Shown: one piece after another, positions 26,185-38,592 of the stretch | Layout of the letters: the number at the start of each line of letters is the position of its first letter | Position numbering within the stretch: position 1 is the stretch's first letter | DNA from: Lama glama | Lineage: Eukaryota | NCBI GenBank assembly: GCA_028534125.1 | Contig: CM052816.1 | Coordinates: 87,794,001 to 87,858,000 of the forward strand | Direction: 5' to 3' | Length of the DNA stretch: 64,000 nt | Notes under the pieces: model-generated | Told to the model about the DNA's origin: nothing | What the model saw: the letters and a program-made list of their open reading frames with translations, nothing else | The model's database searches: none | Program-made: the position numbers and the translations under genes

Positions 26185-26779
26185 CCATCATTTAAAAAAA
26201 AAAGATTATGCCTAAATTTATGTTCCAATTCTTTAGCTCCAGATATACACAGTGTCTGGTGACATTGAAAGTTTGATGTGTAAAACTTGGCTCACTTAGT
26301 GGGTAGAGATTGTATCTTCAGCATCAGAATGTTCAGTGCTTGGAACAGCAAATGAACAGAAAAGGTGCTCAGCCAATACCTGCAGAATATATGAATGGAG
26401 ACAGAAAGGATGTGTTGGTGTTTGTAGAAATCAGAAAATAACTGGTTTACAAAGAAGTTAGGTATAGAATTTTCACCTCTAACTTGAGATGATACTGTAT
26501 AGCAGTTTATCATTACTATTATCAGATTCTTGCAGCATTCCAAACGGACAATAAAGCACAGTGAATGAAAGAATCCAAGTGAATAGTTTCACAAAATATC
26601 CCTTTTCAATCCACATACCTGTAAATAGAGTGGAAAAAAAAAAAAGCCTAAGAACGCATGAATGAATGAATATTAGAGAATGTATTTATGAATAAATGGG
26701 AAATTAAAATAAGAAAACCAAAAAGTAAAGGTACATTTATTTGTTAATTCTTCTTTCCTGGAGTCATGTTTTAAAGTAA

Positions 26780-29700
26780 TGTTTTTATTTTAAGATAATT
26801 GTAGATTCACATTCAGGTGTAAGAAATAATGCTGTTTTCCACAGATCCTTTACCCACTTTACCTGAACATCAAAACCCCACAAAACATGACATTCAACAT
26901 ACTTTGCTACAGACAAGACGCAGAACATTTCTGTCACTTCAGGGATCCTCTGTGTTACCCTTTTATAGCCACATTCACTTCCCACCTGCCCTCACGTCCT
27001 CACTTAACCCCTAGCAACCACTAATCTGTTCTCCATTTCAACAATTTTATCATTTTAAGGTGGAAGGTCATTATCTAAATTGAATTTGAAATATATAAAT
27101 TTTGGAATTGGCTGTTTTTTTTCCCACTCAGCATAATTGTCTGAAGGTCCACCTAAATTGTGACATGCATCAGTAGTCTGTTCCTTTGTATTTCCTGTGT
27201 AATATTACATGTAATACATACAATGTACAATACTGTGTTTAGTGACTTATCTATTGCAGAATATTTAGATTTTATTTTTTTTTTTACAATTTTTGTCTAT
27301 TACACGTAGAGATGCTGCAAATGTTTATTTATAGGTTTTTGTGTGAACCTGTGTTTTCCTTTCTCTGGCATAAATGCCCAGGGGTGCAATTTCCAGGTCA
27401 TATAATAGTTGCATGATTACTTTAGTTTTGTTTTTGAAGAACTTCCAAACTGTTTTCCAGAGTGTTTGTACTATTTCACATTTCACCAGCAATGTTTGAG
27501 TGACTCTGTTTCTTAGGAGCCTTGCCCAAATTTGGTGTTGTCAATATATTTTATTTCACCTTGTATAATTTCATTTTTGGTGTTATTAAGGTATATAAAA
27601 ATTGCACATATTTAGGGTATACACTTTGATGAGTTTGGACATGTATGGATATCATCACCAGAATCAATGTAATAAACATAGTCATCTCCTCCAGATGATT
27701 TACTGTTACTGTGTCCCCTTGACTTCGTACGTGTGTTAAGAACAGTTAACATAAGACTCTCTTAATAAGTTTTTAAAAGAACAGCACTCTACTGTTAACT
27801 GCAGGCACTATTTTACACAACAAATCTCCATGTCTTCTTCCTCTTGTATCACTGTAACTTTATACCTCTTAAGCAACAGCTCATTTTTCTGATAAATTCT
27901 ATAGTGATAACTTGTGATTTCAGTTTTAATTTCCTAATGAGATTGTGAATTAGGGCTACTTTTAAACATTTGTTATATTACTCCACTGAAACTGTCTGAT
28001 CCTGGAGATATCTTTTTGAAAGTTTTGAAAGTACATCCAATTTCCTTAGAAATGTAGAAGGCTTACTCAAATGATTTGTCTCGTATCGGATGAGTTGCAG
28101 TAGATGTGTTTCCCAAGGAACCGTCCGTCGCATCTAAATTTTTGATTATATGTATTTAGAATTGTTTATAGCATTTCTTTATTTTGAAGTCTGCGAGTTT
28201 CACTGTAATATCCCATGGTTCATTCATGAAATCAGTATTTTGTGTTCTCTCTCTCTTTTGTCAGTTTTGCTAGTTTGTCAATCATATTTGTCTATCAACT
28301 TTTCAAAGAATCAGCTCTTTGCTACATTTATTTCTATATTTTTTCTGTTTTCAGTTTTGTTGATTTCTGCTCTTACTTACATCATATCCTTCTTTTTGCT
28401 TTGGGTTTATATCACTCTAGTTTTTTTGAGAAGAGAGCTTAGGTGATCAATTTGAGACTTTTCATCTTTAATTTATTCATTTAGTGCTACAAACTTCCCT
28501 CCCAGCAATGCTTTAACTATTTCTAACAAGTTTTGATATGTTGTATTTTTATTTCAATTCAGTTCAAAGTATTTTGTTATTTCCTTTCAAATTTCCTCTT
28601 TAGCCTATAGATTATTTACCAGTGTGCTGTTTAGCTTCCACATGTTTGGAGATTTTTCTGTTATTATTCTATTACTGATTTCTAGCTTGATTCCACTGGG
28701 TTCAGAAGACACACCCTGTATGATTTTAACTATTTTAAACTCGTGAGGCCCATTTTATGGCTCAGAATATGGTCTATTATCTTTATTGCCTGCCATGCTA
28801 AACATATCAACTAGATCCTGTTGGTTGATGGGATTCTTGAGTTCTATATCATCATTGACTTTCTGTTCCGATGTTCTAGCTATTGTTTAGAAAGACATGT
28901 TGAATTATCTAACATTAACTATGGATAATTGTGGATTTACCAATTTTTCCTTTTGCTTCTATCAGATTTTGCTTCACATATTTTGCAGCTCTGTTTTTTG
29001 TTGCACACCAATTTAGGGTAATTACGTGTTCTTGTGGGATTAACCCTTTAGTCATTATGTAATGTCTCTCCATCATTTGTAAATTTCTTTGCTCTAAAAT
29101 CTTCCTATTATATGATATTAATATAGCAATTACTAGTTTCTGATTAACGTTTATATGATAAATCTTTTTCTATCTTTTCAATTTCAAATGATTATATATG
29201 AATAAATAAATCATTATATATGAAGTTTCTTGTAGCACATATGTCATGTTTTAAATCCCCTCTGCTGATTTCTGTATTTTAATCAATGTACTTAACTTAT
29301 ATTTAGCTAATTAGTGATATTATTGGCACATAAGGGCTGCCATTTTTTTTTTTGTTGCCTGCTTGTTCTCAGTTTTTTCTTTTCTTCTTTTCCCCCTACC
29401 TTTCTATGGGTTATTTGAACATATTTTAAAACTCCATTTTGATATATCTATAATGTTTTTAGTATGTCACTTTGTGTAGCTTTTTATTGGTTTCTCCAGA
29501 TACTATACTGTCTATTCATAATTTATCGCAGTCTATTGTTGTGATATTTTGCCAGCTCAAATGAAGTGTAGAAACTTCCTTTATATGTATTTAGTTTCCT
29601 CCATTCATAGCTGTCTTAAATATTTACTCTACATGTAATTAAAGCCACACTAGACAATGTTATAATTTTGGTTTCAATATTTAAAAGATGCTTTAGAAAC

Positions 29701-31060
29701 TAAAGAGGAAAAGGTAAATGTAATCTCTTTATGCACTTTTATCCATTATTTGTTATTCCTCCCTGATCTTTAAAGATTTCCTTCTATCATTCACTTCCTA
29801 GTTTGAGACCTTTCTTTAACCGCTCTTTTAGGATAGGTTATTGGTGATAAATTCTCTTAGTTTGCATTCATCCAAAAATGTTTTGATTTCTCTCTAGTTC
29901 CTGGGATATATTTTACTAGATAATAAAATTCTGAGTTGACAGTTCTTTTCTTTCAGTATTTGAAAAATATTATGTCACTCCATGGTTTCTGATGAGAGAT
30001 CCATTGTTATTCATCTTGCTTTTCTTTTGTAGGTAAGGTATCATTTCTCTTTTGCTGCTTTTGAGATTTTTTTTCTTTGCTTTCAGTTTTCAGAAGCATG
30101 ACTATGATGCATTTTCAGGTGGATATAGTTGGGTTTATCTTGTATCTTGCTGTCTTGTATCATCTTAATGAGTCTATATGTTTATATCATTTGACAAATT
30201 TAGGAAGCTCTTAGTCATTATTTTTGAGTACTTTTCCTTTGCCTTTATTCTTTCTGGGATTCCAGTGACATGAATACTAGATATTGTGTTGTAGTCCACT
30301 GCACCTTGAGGCTCTGTTCACTTTTTTTAGTCTATTTTCTCTTTGCATTTCAGATGGAATAATTACAACTGTTCTGTGTTCTAGTTCACTGACTCTTCAT
30401 TCTGTTCTCTCCATTCTGCTTTTCAACCCATTCATTAAGTATTTTATTGTACTTTTTACTCCTAAAATAGCAGAGGTTTCCACTGAGACTGTGGGTGGAG
30501 TAAAGATTGCTTCTTTTACCATCTGAGAGGATGAAATCTGAGCTATCTACTTGACCTTCTCTGACGTAACTATGCCAGAATGGTTGGGGCATTCTATTGT
30601 TATAGCCTGACAAGCACAGATGTCCTGAGTCCTCACCCAGCCTTTGCTGAGATGGGTGAGATGAGTCAGTAGTTTTGTTTTTGTTTTCTCCCCCTGTGGT
30701 GTTTTGTTGAAATGCAGCAGTTTTTATCTAAAATTTTCTGTCTTGCTTAGCTCACCCTTTCCTGGTACTGCAGATGCAAAATGCAGCCTTTTGCTGAGGA
30801 ATTTTCTGTGCACCCATTGTCATTTCTGGGACACCAGATCCTTTAGCGCCAGTCCACAATACAGGAGGCAAAAAGAAAAACTAGGAGCATATCATTGTAG
30901 CATTTTGTGGGTTCTGAGGTCCCTTGTTTTTCTTTCTTTTTCTCTTCCTCCTTCAGAGTCTTCTATGTTCATTTTATATATAAATGCTCAGGATTTTTAG
31001 TTGTACTCAGCAGAAGGAATGGAGGCACACATGGACTCCGTCTTTCTGGAATCAGAGGTC
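26780..31060 (-). mobile_element. old LINE-1 (L1MC-like) with 3' end, deleted internal regions and 5' end
   Basis: 3' end aattgtagattcacattcaggtgtaagaaataat...cccttttatagccac; antisense ORF2/ORF1 blocks (caaagaatcagctctttg, ttttgatatgttgtattttt, ttgacagttcttttctttcag); 5'-like end ttagttgtactcagcagaaggaat...ctccgtctttctggaatcagaggtc. Confidence 0.85.
27565..27888 (-). mobile_element. nested L1 3' tail (L1MA10/L1MB-like) inside the L1MC-like element
   Basis: aaattgcacatatttagggtatacactttgatgagtttggaca...ctgttaactgcaggcacta...actgtaactttatacctct interrupts the host, which resumes at ttctgata near 27887. Confidence 0.7.
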
Positions 31061-31609
31061 TGATCAAGTCATTTAATTTACAAACTTCATATAATTTTAA
31101 AAGTTCAAATTTCAAAAGATCATTTTACACTTTAGAAAACCCAAGCAGTAAAGTGAATTATCTTGTCCATGTCTCAGGGGGACTTGCTAACAGAAAAGAT
31201 CATAACACTGGTGAAGAATTTTTTTCTATATCATCCTGTTTTTTAAAATTTAAAATAAGGATAATTAAAGATGATTGTGCAGCTTTATTACAGTCACTTA
31301 TCATTGCACAGATTCAGATATGCCATCTTGGTCTCACTCTCTATTTTTTTTTCTTCTGAGCCCTCTTCATCATCCCCTAGCGTAGTTATGTAATGCAAAC
31401 ACCTGATTACTAAAACCGGTTTGAAAGTCGTTAGTCCTGTAATCCTGGGTCCTGATACCAGAGAACATAAACTAAGCCTCTAGTGTTTTCTTAATCTGTA
31501 GGAAATAAGCGGTATCATACAAAGGCATTTACATTTACTAGGTCAGCGTGACTCAACTGGTTTACCCGCTTCAAAGCCTGGAAGTAGAGGATAGAAGGAA
31601 ATGCCGTCA

Positions 31610-31790
31610 GACTTAGACTTTAGTTCTCATTCTGACTGAGGTTTAATCAAGGCTATTCTGCAGACTATGAACTCCTCTTCCTCCATAAGGTTCCAGTAAC
31701 AACTATCTTCAGAAATATTAAAATGATTAAATGAAATGGTATATGTTAAGCCCATGCAACAAATTATAGGCTTAAAAAATGGCAGATATC
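31610..31790 (+). mobile_element. MIR SINE fragment
   Basis: ttcctccataagg...gtaacaactatcttcagaaatattaaaatgattaaatgaaatggtatatgttaagc resembles the MIR 3' half. Confidence 0.5.
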
Positions 31791-33961
31791 CAACATTACA
31801 GTCATTTTAGAGGACTTTTCAGTTTGGAAAGTAAGATGGCACATAATATGAGAGGCTTCTGTTTGGTTGGAAGATATTTATGACATTTTTAAATAATACA
31901 TTTGGTTGAATCTATATGTGCTTTTTCTATGAGAAGATTTAAACATGTTCTGGATTTATTAATTGGCAGAGGTTAATGGTATGGATTCGCCTTGAAAAAA
32001 CATTTTTTTCTCAGCATTGGCATTTTGAGACTTATCACAAGGGAAAATGTGGTGATGTGATAGATCACCACAGAGCAAGTTACAGTTCCTGACACTGACC
32101 AGCTATGCAGCTTGTCATTATAAAGAAATCACCTTACAAATTGGAAATGTGCCCTACCCATCCTGTTGCATAATCTAGTCAACATATTTGTAAACAGCGT
32201 CCAATTTCATCACATATCCACTCAAAGTAATCTATTCTATCTCATAATTTCTAAACATTTTTATTAACTACACCATATAATATTTTACAAATAATATATT
32301 TCTTAATGAGTTCTCTTCCATCTTTTTAAGATGCATTTGTGTGCATCTAATTCTAAATCCAGTGCAGTTTGGGAGCCATTCTTAAAATGTTTCAAAAATA
32401 ACAAGTATGGTTATTTATGTATTTGCCCTTCGTGAACGTAGAAGTTTTAGGCACACATCACATTTGGATGTATAGACACCACTTATAAGCCTTGTGAAAT
32501 GAATACAAAAGAGGAATGTATTTTAAAATGTGTGTTGCCCACTGCCTCCTTCCAAAAAGAATTTCAGGCAAATTTAGTATGTTTTAAAATGTGACAAAAT
32601 AACATAAACTGGGGAAATAATATTTTAAGAAAGTTAAAAAAAAGAAAGACCTGGCAATGAAATAGAGGGCTTTCCAGCTATAAAACATGCAAATAATCTA
32701 AGAATTACTTTCACATAATTAACCAGAAGACCGTCTGAGTTGCCAAGGAAAATAATTTTCATTTTCATTACTGGGTGGGAAGAAACATCTGAGACTTCAG
32801 ATGGTGAGTAAGGGTGACTTTGCCCTAATTCATGAAAATCAGGACAGCACATTTCAAGATGATCAAATTAAAAGGAGCCCAGGGAGCATCCATGATGATA
32901 AAGGATGACTTCGATTAAAACTTGTGTTATTTAGACACTGTTATCGACACCATAAGCATTACCATGTGCTCTGCAAGCTGCGATGTGCCCTCAAGGTGGT
33001 CATATGGGTCACAAGATCAATTTTTCTCTCTATCAGAAGCACGCTATGGGACAGGCTTGCTTGAAACAAAAGGAAATTTCAACATGCCAAAAAGGGCAAT
33101 GTCAAATTGGGGTATTATCAGATTAGATGTAAAACTTTTAGTGAAATGAGACACTATACCATGATTTATTATATTTTGGTCTTTGTTGTTTTGTTCTGGT
33201 TGTTTTTTAAGTCTTGATTTTTTTTTTTTTTTGTCTGTTTGTTTGTGAATAGAAGGATTTGGGAGCCAGGTGATTTCTGATAGCTTTTTCATTTGGATCA
33301 GTCTCTCCAAATGAAAAATCTTGTTGAAGTGGCTTGTTTTGGAAGAATGCTGACTGGCAGAAACAATCTAACAAGGCATTTGTTGGTCCTTGGGAAACAC
33401 TTGTGGAATAAGAATTCTCTGACGACCTACTCTAACCTTAAAGCGTTGTAAATTCAAAGACAACAGTTTAACGCTCGTTGATTGTATCTGACAGCTTACT
33501 CATGTTTGTGCTTTAAGTATTCCAAAATTTACATACTTTTATGCACTATTTCCTGTATTTAGCTCACTTATCTGTAATTGTTAAGCATATACATTTTTGG
33601 TTTTGTTTTATTAATTCTCTAAATTCCTGGGGTGTTTAGAAACATGCATACTCTTCTAATTTTTACTAAACTGTTAGGCTTACACAACAACTTTAGAGAA
33701 TAGGGATTATTTTTGACTACTTTCTTTGTTACTGGAAGTATAATTTAATGCCAGCCTCAGTATATAAACTGAACTGGCCTTGTATTTCCATGTGAGTGAT
33801 GATAAGTTACTATAAACCTGGTTTGTTACGTGACTCGCATCTCTCCCATTATTGAATATGTTCTATCATATTGTGTAATTGATTACATTGTCTATATCTA
33901 CTTTTCTCTCACTTAGAAGAGGTTTTTTTCGTGAGTGTGTGAATATCTGCATTCAGGGCAT

Positions 33962-34410
33962 TGTGATAGGCTAAAAATTGCCGCCCCTGAAATGTCCACA
34001 TCCTAATTCCTGGCACCTGCAGATGCTACCTTTTTGGAAAAAGAGAACTTGCAGATGTTTTCAAGTTAAGGATCCTGAGATATGGAGACTATCCTGAGTT
34101 ATCTGGATAATTAAAAAGCTGAGTCAGTGCTGGAAGAGAAGGTGATGTGATGAGGGATGCAGAGGGGGTGAGGTACTCTGAAGACACAGGAAGTCAAGGA
34201 ATAATAGTGGCCACTAGACACTGAAAAGACAAAGAAAGGGATGCTCTTCTCAGAATCTCCAGAAGGAATCGTCCTTGTCGACACACTGACATGAGCCTGA
34301 CAACACTGCCTTCAGACTCCTGACCTCCAGACAGAAAAGAGCAAAGCTCTGTTGCTTCAAGGTACTAGGTTTGTGGTAATATGTTATGGTAGCAACAAGA
34401 ATTGAATGCA
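33962..34410 (+). mobile_element. MaLR solo LTR (MLT1D-like)
   Basis: TG...CA ends; atgtccacatcctaattcctgg, ttgcagatg...ttaaggatc, cagactcctgacctccaga, gtttgtggtaatatgtta; 5-bp TSD ggcat/agcat (4 of 5). Confidence 0.9.
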
Positions 34411-34417
34411 AGCATAT

Positions 34418-34451
34418 TAAAAAAGAAAGAAAGAAAGAAAGAAAGAAAGGA

Positions 34452-34499
<48 letters not shown>

Positions 34500-34502
34500 A
34501 AA
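34418..34502. repeat. (GAAA)n tetranucleotide microsatellite
   Basis: About 20 units with one interruption. Confidence 0.97.
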
Positions 34503-35224
34503 GGCTTTATTGAAATTTAAATAAATATTACATTTAAGTACAGTATATTTACAGATTGTGCAGCCATTACCATAATCTAAATTTAGAACACCTATTCTTA
34601 AGAATAGGTGTTCTTTTTTAAATTAAAAATAACACAACTGCTGCTTGATGTAGGCTGTGGCACCCCAGCAATATTTGATCAAAATAATCCAGCTTGTGTT
34701 AGGAGTACAGGAGGGAAGGGAACAGAGGTGAAGGTAAATAAAAACCCATGGGGAAATACCTGTGGTCCTGGGCCATTTACAATAACGCTCCTTCAGCTAA
34801 AACACCCACTAATAATTATAAATCCAGTTCAATGTTAGAAGAGAAAGGAAGGTTAGGCAACATCTATTTCTTTCTATACTTCTTGCTTATTTCAGAAAGA
34901 ATCTCAGATGACTCCGAAAGAATCTAAAATAGCAGCAGACAAAAAATATAGAAATTAAAATTTTACTACAAAGCATGGCAAAGAGTCAAACTAAAACTTC
35001 ACACCACAGTGACCAGTCTTTGTTACCTGAGTTGGAAGAGAAGCTTGTCCCCAAACTTTCGAAAATTAATGTGAAAGGGAACTCTTTTTCCTTATAATCT
35101 TAAATGGCCTTGATGTAAAGATAAAGTAATTGTCCAAGGAAAACATGATACTTTCTGATATCATACTTCGAAAAGGATTTATACTGAATGGTCTCCTGAT
35201 GAAGGCACTTAATAAAGTAGAATC

Positions 35225-35335
35225 TTTCATCCACAAATATCTATTCAGCCTAGTATATGTCAGACATGGATACTGGGTGCTTGGGATGCAGCAGAGAAGA
35301 GACAGATAAAATACCCTGCGCTGAAGGTGCCCACG
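35225..35335 (-). mobile_element. L2 3' end fragment
   Basis: catccacaaatatctattcagcctagtatatgtcagaca...ggtgcttgggatgcagcagagaa resembles the antisense L2 terminus. Confidence 0.6.
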
Positions 35336-36119
35336 TCCTTTCAGTCAGCCCCTCTGACGTCCTTTAGAGAGATTTGGCAAAGAGTTACCCAAGGCTGGCG
35401 GCACCACCCTACAATCACAACTCAGTAAAGCCAATTATAAAGACAGGCTGGAGTGTGTCCTTGGAAATCATTTAGCATCACAATTTTTTTTAGAAGATTT
35501 TGGCTGACGTTGATTTGAGGTTTAACTCTCTGGCAAATGCCGGAAATAGAGCTCTTTTATATAGCCATGGGAATTCAGAGCCATGTTCCTGAGAAATAGT
35601 CAAGGTGGGGTTAGGGTTATAATCCTTTTACGAAGGCTTAAAATCTCAGTAAAGCCACGTTGGGTGGGCCATGCACATGTCCACCTTCAGGGCTCAAATT
35701 CTCTTTGGAAAATTGTTTTGAAGCAGCTTCACCCATAGAGCTGTGGTGAGCAAGGATTCCAGATATAGTCTTAAAGCAACTTTGTTTTACTCAGAAATAG
35801 TATTTGCATTAGTGCCTGGAATATGTTTGATGAAAACAGCATATTAACAAAACACCCATCAAATTTTACATTGAAGAGTGATCTTTTTCTGTATTAAAAA
35901 TAGCCAAATGAAAAAAAAAGTGGCTAAGATTTTAAAACTGCAAGATTTTTAGCACAAACACATTTAAAATTTTTTTCTCACCATTTTATCCCTCATATTT
36001 AGCACATTGTCTGACGGAGCAGTGAGGTGCTTGCCTTTAGACAAATCTTTGAAATAACTTATTAAAAACAAGTACGTAAAACAGAAATTTGATTTATCTG
36101 ACCCTGCAAACCAAAGCTG

Positions 36120-36312
36120 CAATAATTGTCATTTATTGAGCACAAACTCTGTGCTGGAAACTGTAAGTAACTTGAATCACTATTTAATTCCTAGTATCAG
36201 CAACATTTTACATATTTGGTAAATAAAAAACTCAGAGAGGTAAAGTAACTTTGTTGATGTTACACAGATGGTTATTTGGCAAACAGATTATTTAACATTT
36301 TTCTGTGACTTA
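36120..36312 (-). mobile_element. MIR SINE
   Basis: catttattgagcac...ctgtgctgg...ctcagagaggtaaagtaactttg...gttacacag. Confidence 0.75.
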
Positions 36313-36499
36313 GACCACCTCATTTTTAACCAGTTGATTGCTTACATATCCATTTCCAACCTCTTCTCCCCCCCCTCTCATTTACGTTAAGCCTCAAGAT
36401 AAAATATATTGTCAGTGCCCACATACACCAGGTGCTTCACCAGCCATTGTTTACAGAGATGTTACACTAATATTCCTAAAGAGACAAGTTAACGTGCTA

Positions 36500-36890
36500 A
36501 AGTTTTTGCTTGATATGGAGCTTGTTCAAAGCTGAAAATTGTAAACTGTTGCTGGTGAGCAGTAATGTTCTTACAAGAGAGTGAACCTTAACCAGGCTGA
36601 CGTGAAGAGGGCATGAGAAAAACATTAGTATCAGAAAAAGAGCCTGAACAAAAAAAAGATGAAGACCATCTAAAAGGCAGAGGGTGGGCGTTGTCATGTA
36701 AGTTAAGCAATGTGTGCAAGAAAACCTTTCAGGCATAAATGGGGGCAAAGAAATGGGCACAGCTACCAAGAAGAAGTAAAAAGGTAACCAAGATTAAGAA
36801 AGTAGCAGCAAAGCTACAGAAGATACAGCAGAAAGAATTTGAACATTTATTAGACTGAGTGAGTGAGTGCTTAGATATGGGAGTGTGGTG
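36500..36890 (-). mobile_element. L2 fragment, interrupted by the LTR at 36895 and probably resuming at about 37340-37470
   Basis: Purine-rich antisense L2-like sequence; very diverged. Confidence 0.4.
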
Positions 36891-36894
36891 TAAA

Positions 36895-37270
36895 TGCAGT
36901 AGGCATGGTGATGCTCCGCAGATTCCCTTCAAGGAAGGACTTGCTGTCCAGCTGCGCTCAGTAGACTGCCTGGAGCTGGGAGTTCCTTAAGGCTCCCCAG
37001 CTGCAAAGAAGACATCTCTCCAGAGATCACACCCTTCCCACGGTCACTTCCAGTGACCAGTCAAAGAGGGGACTGAAAGGTCCAGCCACGTGAAGCTGGC
37101 TGAGGACCATCAGAGCTTTGTCCGAAGCTTCATCCACCAGCATGGCACTCTATGCTGCTTCTCCCTCTGCCCAATGCTGTTTCATTCCCTTCCTTCCATC
37201 CTTAAAAAAAAATCTCACACCACAAACACCATCACAGTGTCTGCTGTCAGAGAACCCAGCGCATAAAGAT
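36895..37270 (+). mobile_element. ERVL solo LTR (LTR16-like)
   Basis: cagattcccttcaagga...gctgggagt...gatcacacccttccca...cttctccctctgcccaat...gtctgctgtcagagaacccag match recalled LTR16A/B blocks. Confidence 0.75.
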
Positions 37271-38459
37271 GTCCAGTTATCTGAACTGAAACTTCCTTAT
37301 TAAAATAGGAACTATCAAACGGGAAAGCACTGAAAAGTGTTACATTCAGTTTTAGAATATCGCTATTTAGAATAGTGTTGGAAGGAACAGCGGATAAACT
37401 AGGCAAAGACCTTTTGTGGGTAGAACGATTTTCAGGGCTGCAGCTCAGGAGTTAAGGGTGAGTAGAAATTTGTATATACAGAATGGTTTTTTTTAAACAA
37501 ATCCAAAATATCTTTCATGGTTTTCGTACGTTGTAGATATAGTTCAGAGCCTGTTTTCCCCAAGATTCTAATTTTAAACCAAGAAAAATATTTTGTTGAT
37601 AATATGAGCAGATTTTAGCAGTCTTTTTTATTGTTTGGTTCCTTGAATATGTATAAATCAGTTCTGTCATTGGACTTGGCGTCTTCTCGTGTTGTTGAAA
37701 ACTCAACAGCCGGCAAGTCCAAATTGAAGTCAAGCTTGCATTCCCTTAGCAGCTTTCCTAGGGTGTGGCGTCCCTTATGTCAAGCTATTTTCTTTATTGC
37801 CCAATTTATTCATAATGGACAAGGTGTCCCAATTGCCTGGTTATGATATCCTTGCTGCTTCTTTAATGGGAAAGTGATTATGTTTTAAGGGGCTTTCTGC
37901 ACACACATTTGTCAGCTTTTAGCTGTTGCTTATGTCCTCAGTGTGGTTATAATTGATGCCCAAGGGTAACCTGTACATTTAAATGGGAACAGTTAGCGAT
38001 TATTCACATCATATCGTCTATAAACACAGGAAGAGATACAGGAAAGATTGTTTCTTCACCTTCATATCTCCTACATCTGTATTTGAATGCTGAATGCAAT
38101 CATCCGGCTTTTTTACTTCCAATCTAGCCCTTTCATGCTTTTTTGATTTCACATTTCATTAGTTAATAGTACTGGATTTATGCCAAGTAAATAATATATA
38201 CGTGTATGACTTTGGAGTTAGATTTAAAAGTGCATAACAAAAGAGGCATTGGCTATAATCATCAAATGAAAATGACTGTACACCCCCCCCCCCCACACAC
38301 ACTACATCCGTTCTTTCTGAAAAAATGGATATGGAAAGGTTGCTCCTGTAAACACTCGGTACTTAAATATTGGGCAGAAAGAATTAATGTGAAGAATAAT
38401 GTGTTCTCTTATGTCTAATAAAATAGGCAGACTCATTCAATTGAATGGGACCTGTAATT

Positions 38460-38592
38460 AAGGAGATGGAGACCGTATCCTGGGATACGGACAGTCCTGG
38501 TCCTCGCCTCTTGTTCCCACGCTGTTCTCTATAGCATTTCTTTAACTCTCCAGAATACACTGGCTTGCATCTTAAATCCTATGGTCCCTTTA
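38460..38592. mobile_element. hAT-Blackjack MITE remnant (MER94-like)
   Basis: ggacagtcctggt...ctcttgttcc...tttaactctc...taaatcctatggtccct resembles recalled MER94. Confidence 0.55.

Noticed and set aside
30021..30038. + strand pyrimidine-TAG|GTAAGG recursive-splice-like motif
   Set aside because: It lies in antisense L1MC-like sequence whose consensus, as I recall, already carries this motif.
30907..31359. 150-aa + strand ORF
   Set aside because: Starts inside antisense L1 5' sequence at a non-ATG codon and runs into AT-rich flank; no recognisable domain.
32048..32072. 9-bp perfect inverted repeat (similar ones near 16970 and 40939)
   Set aside because: A few 8-9-bp hairpins are expected by chance in 64 kb.
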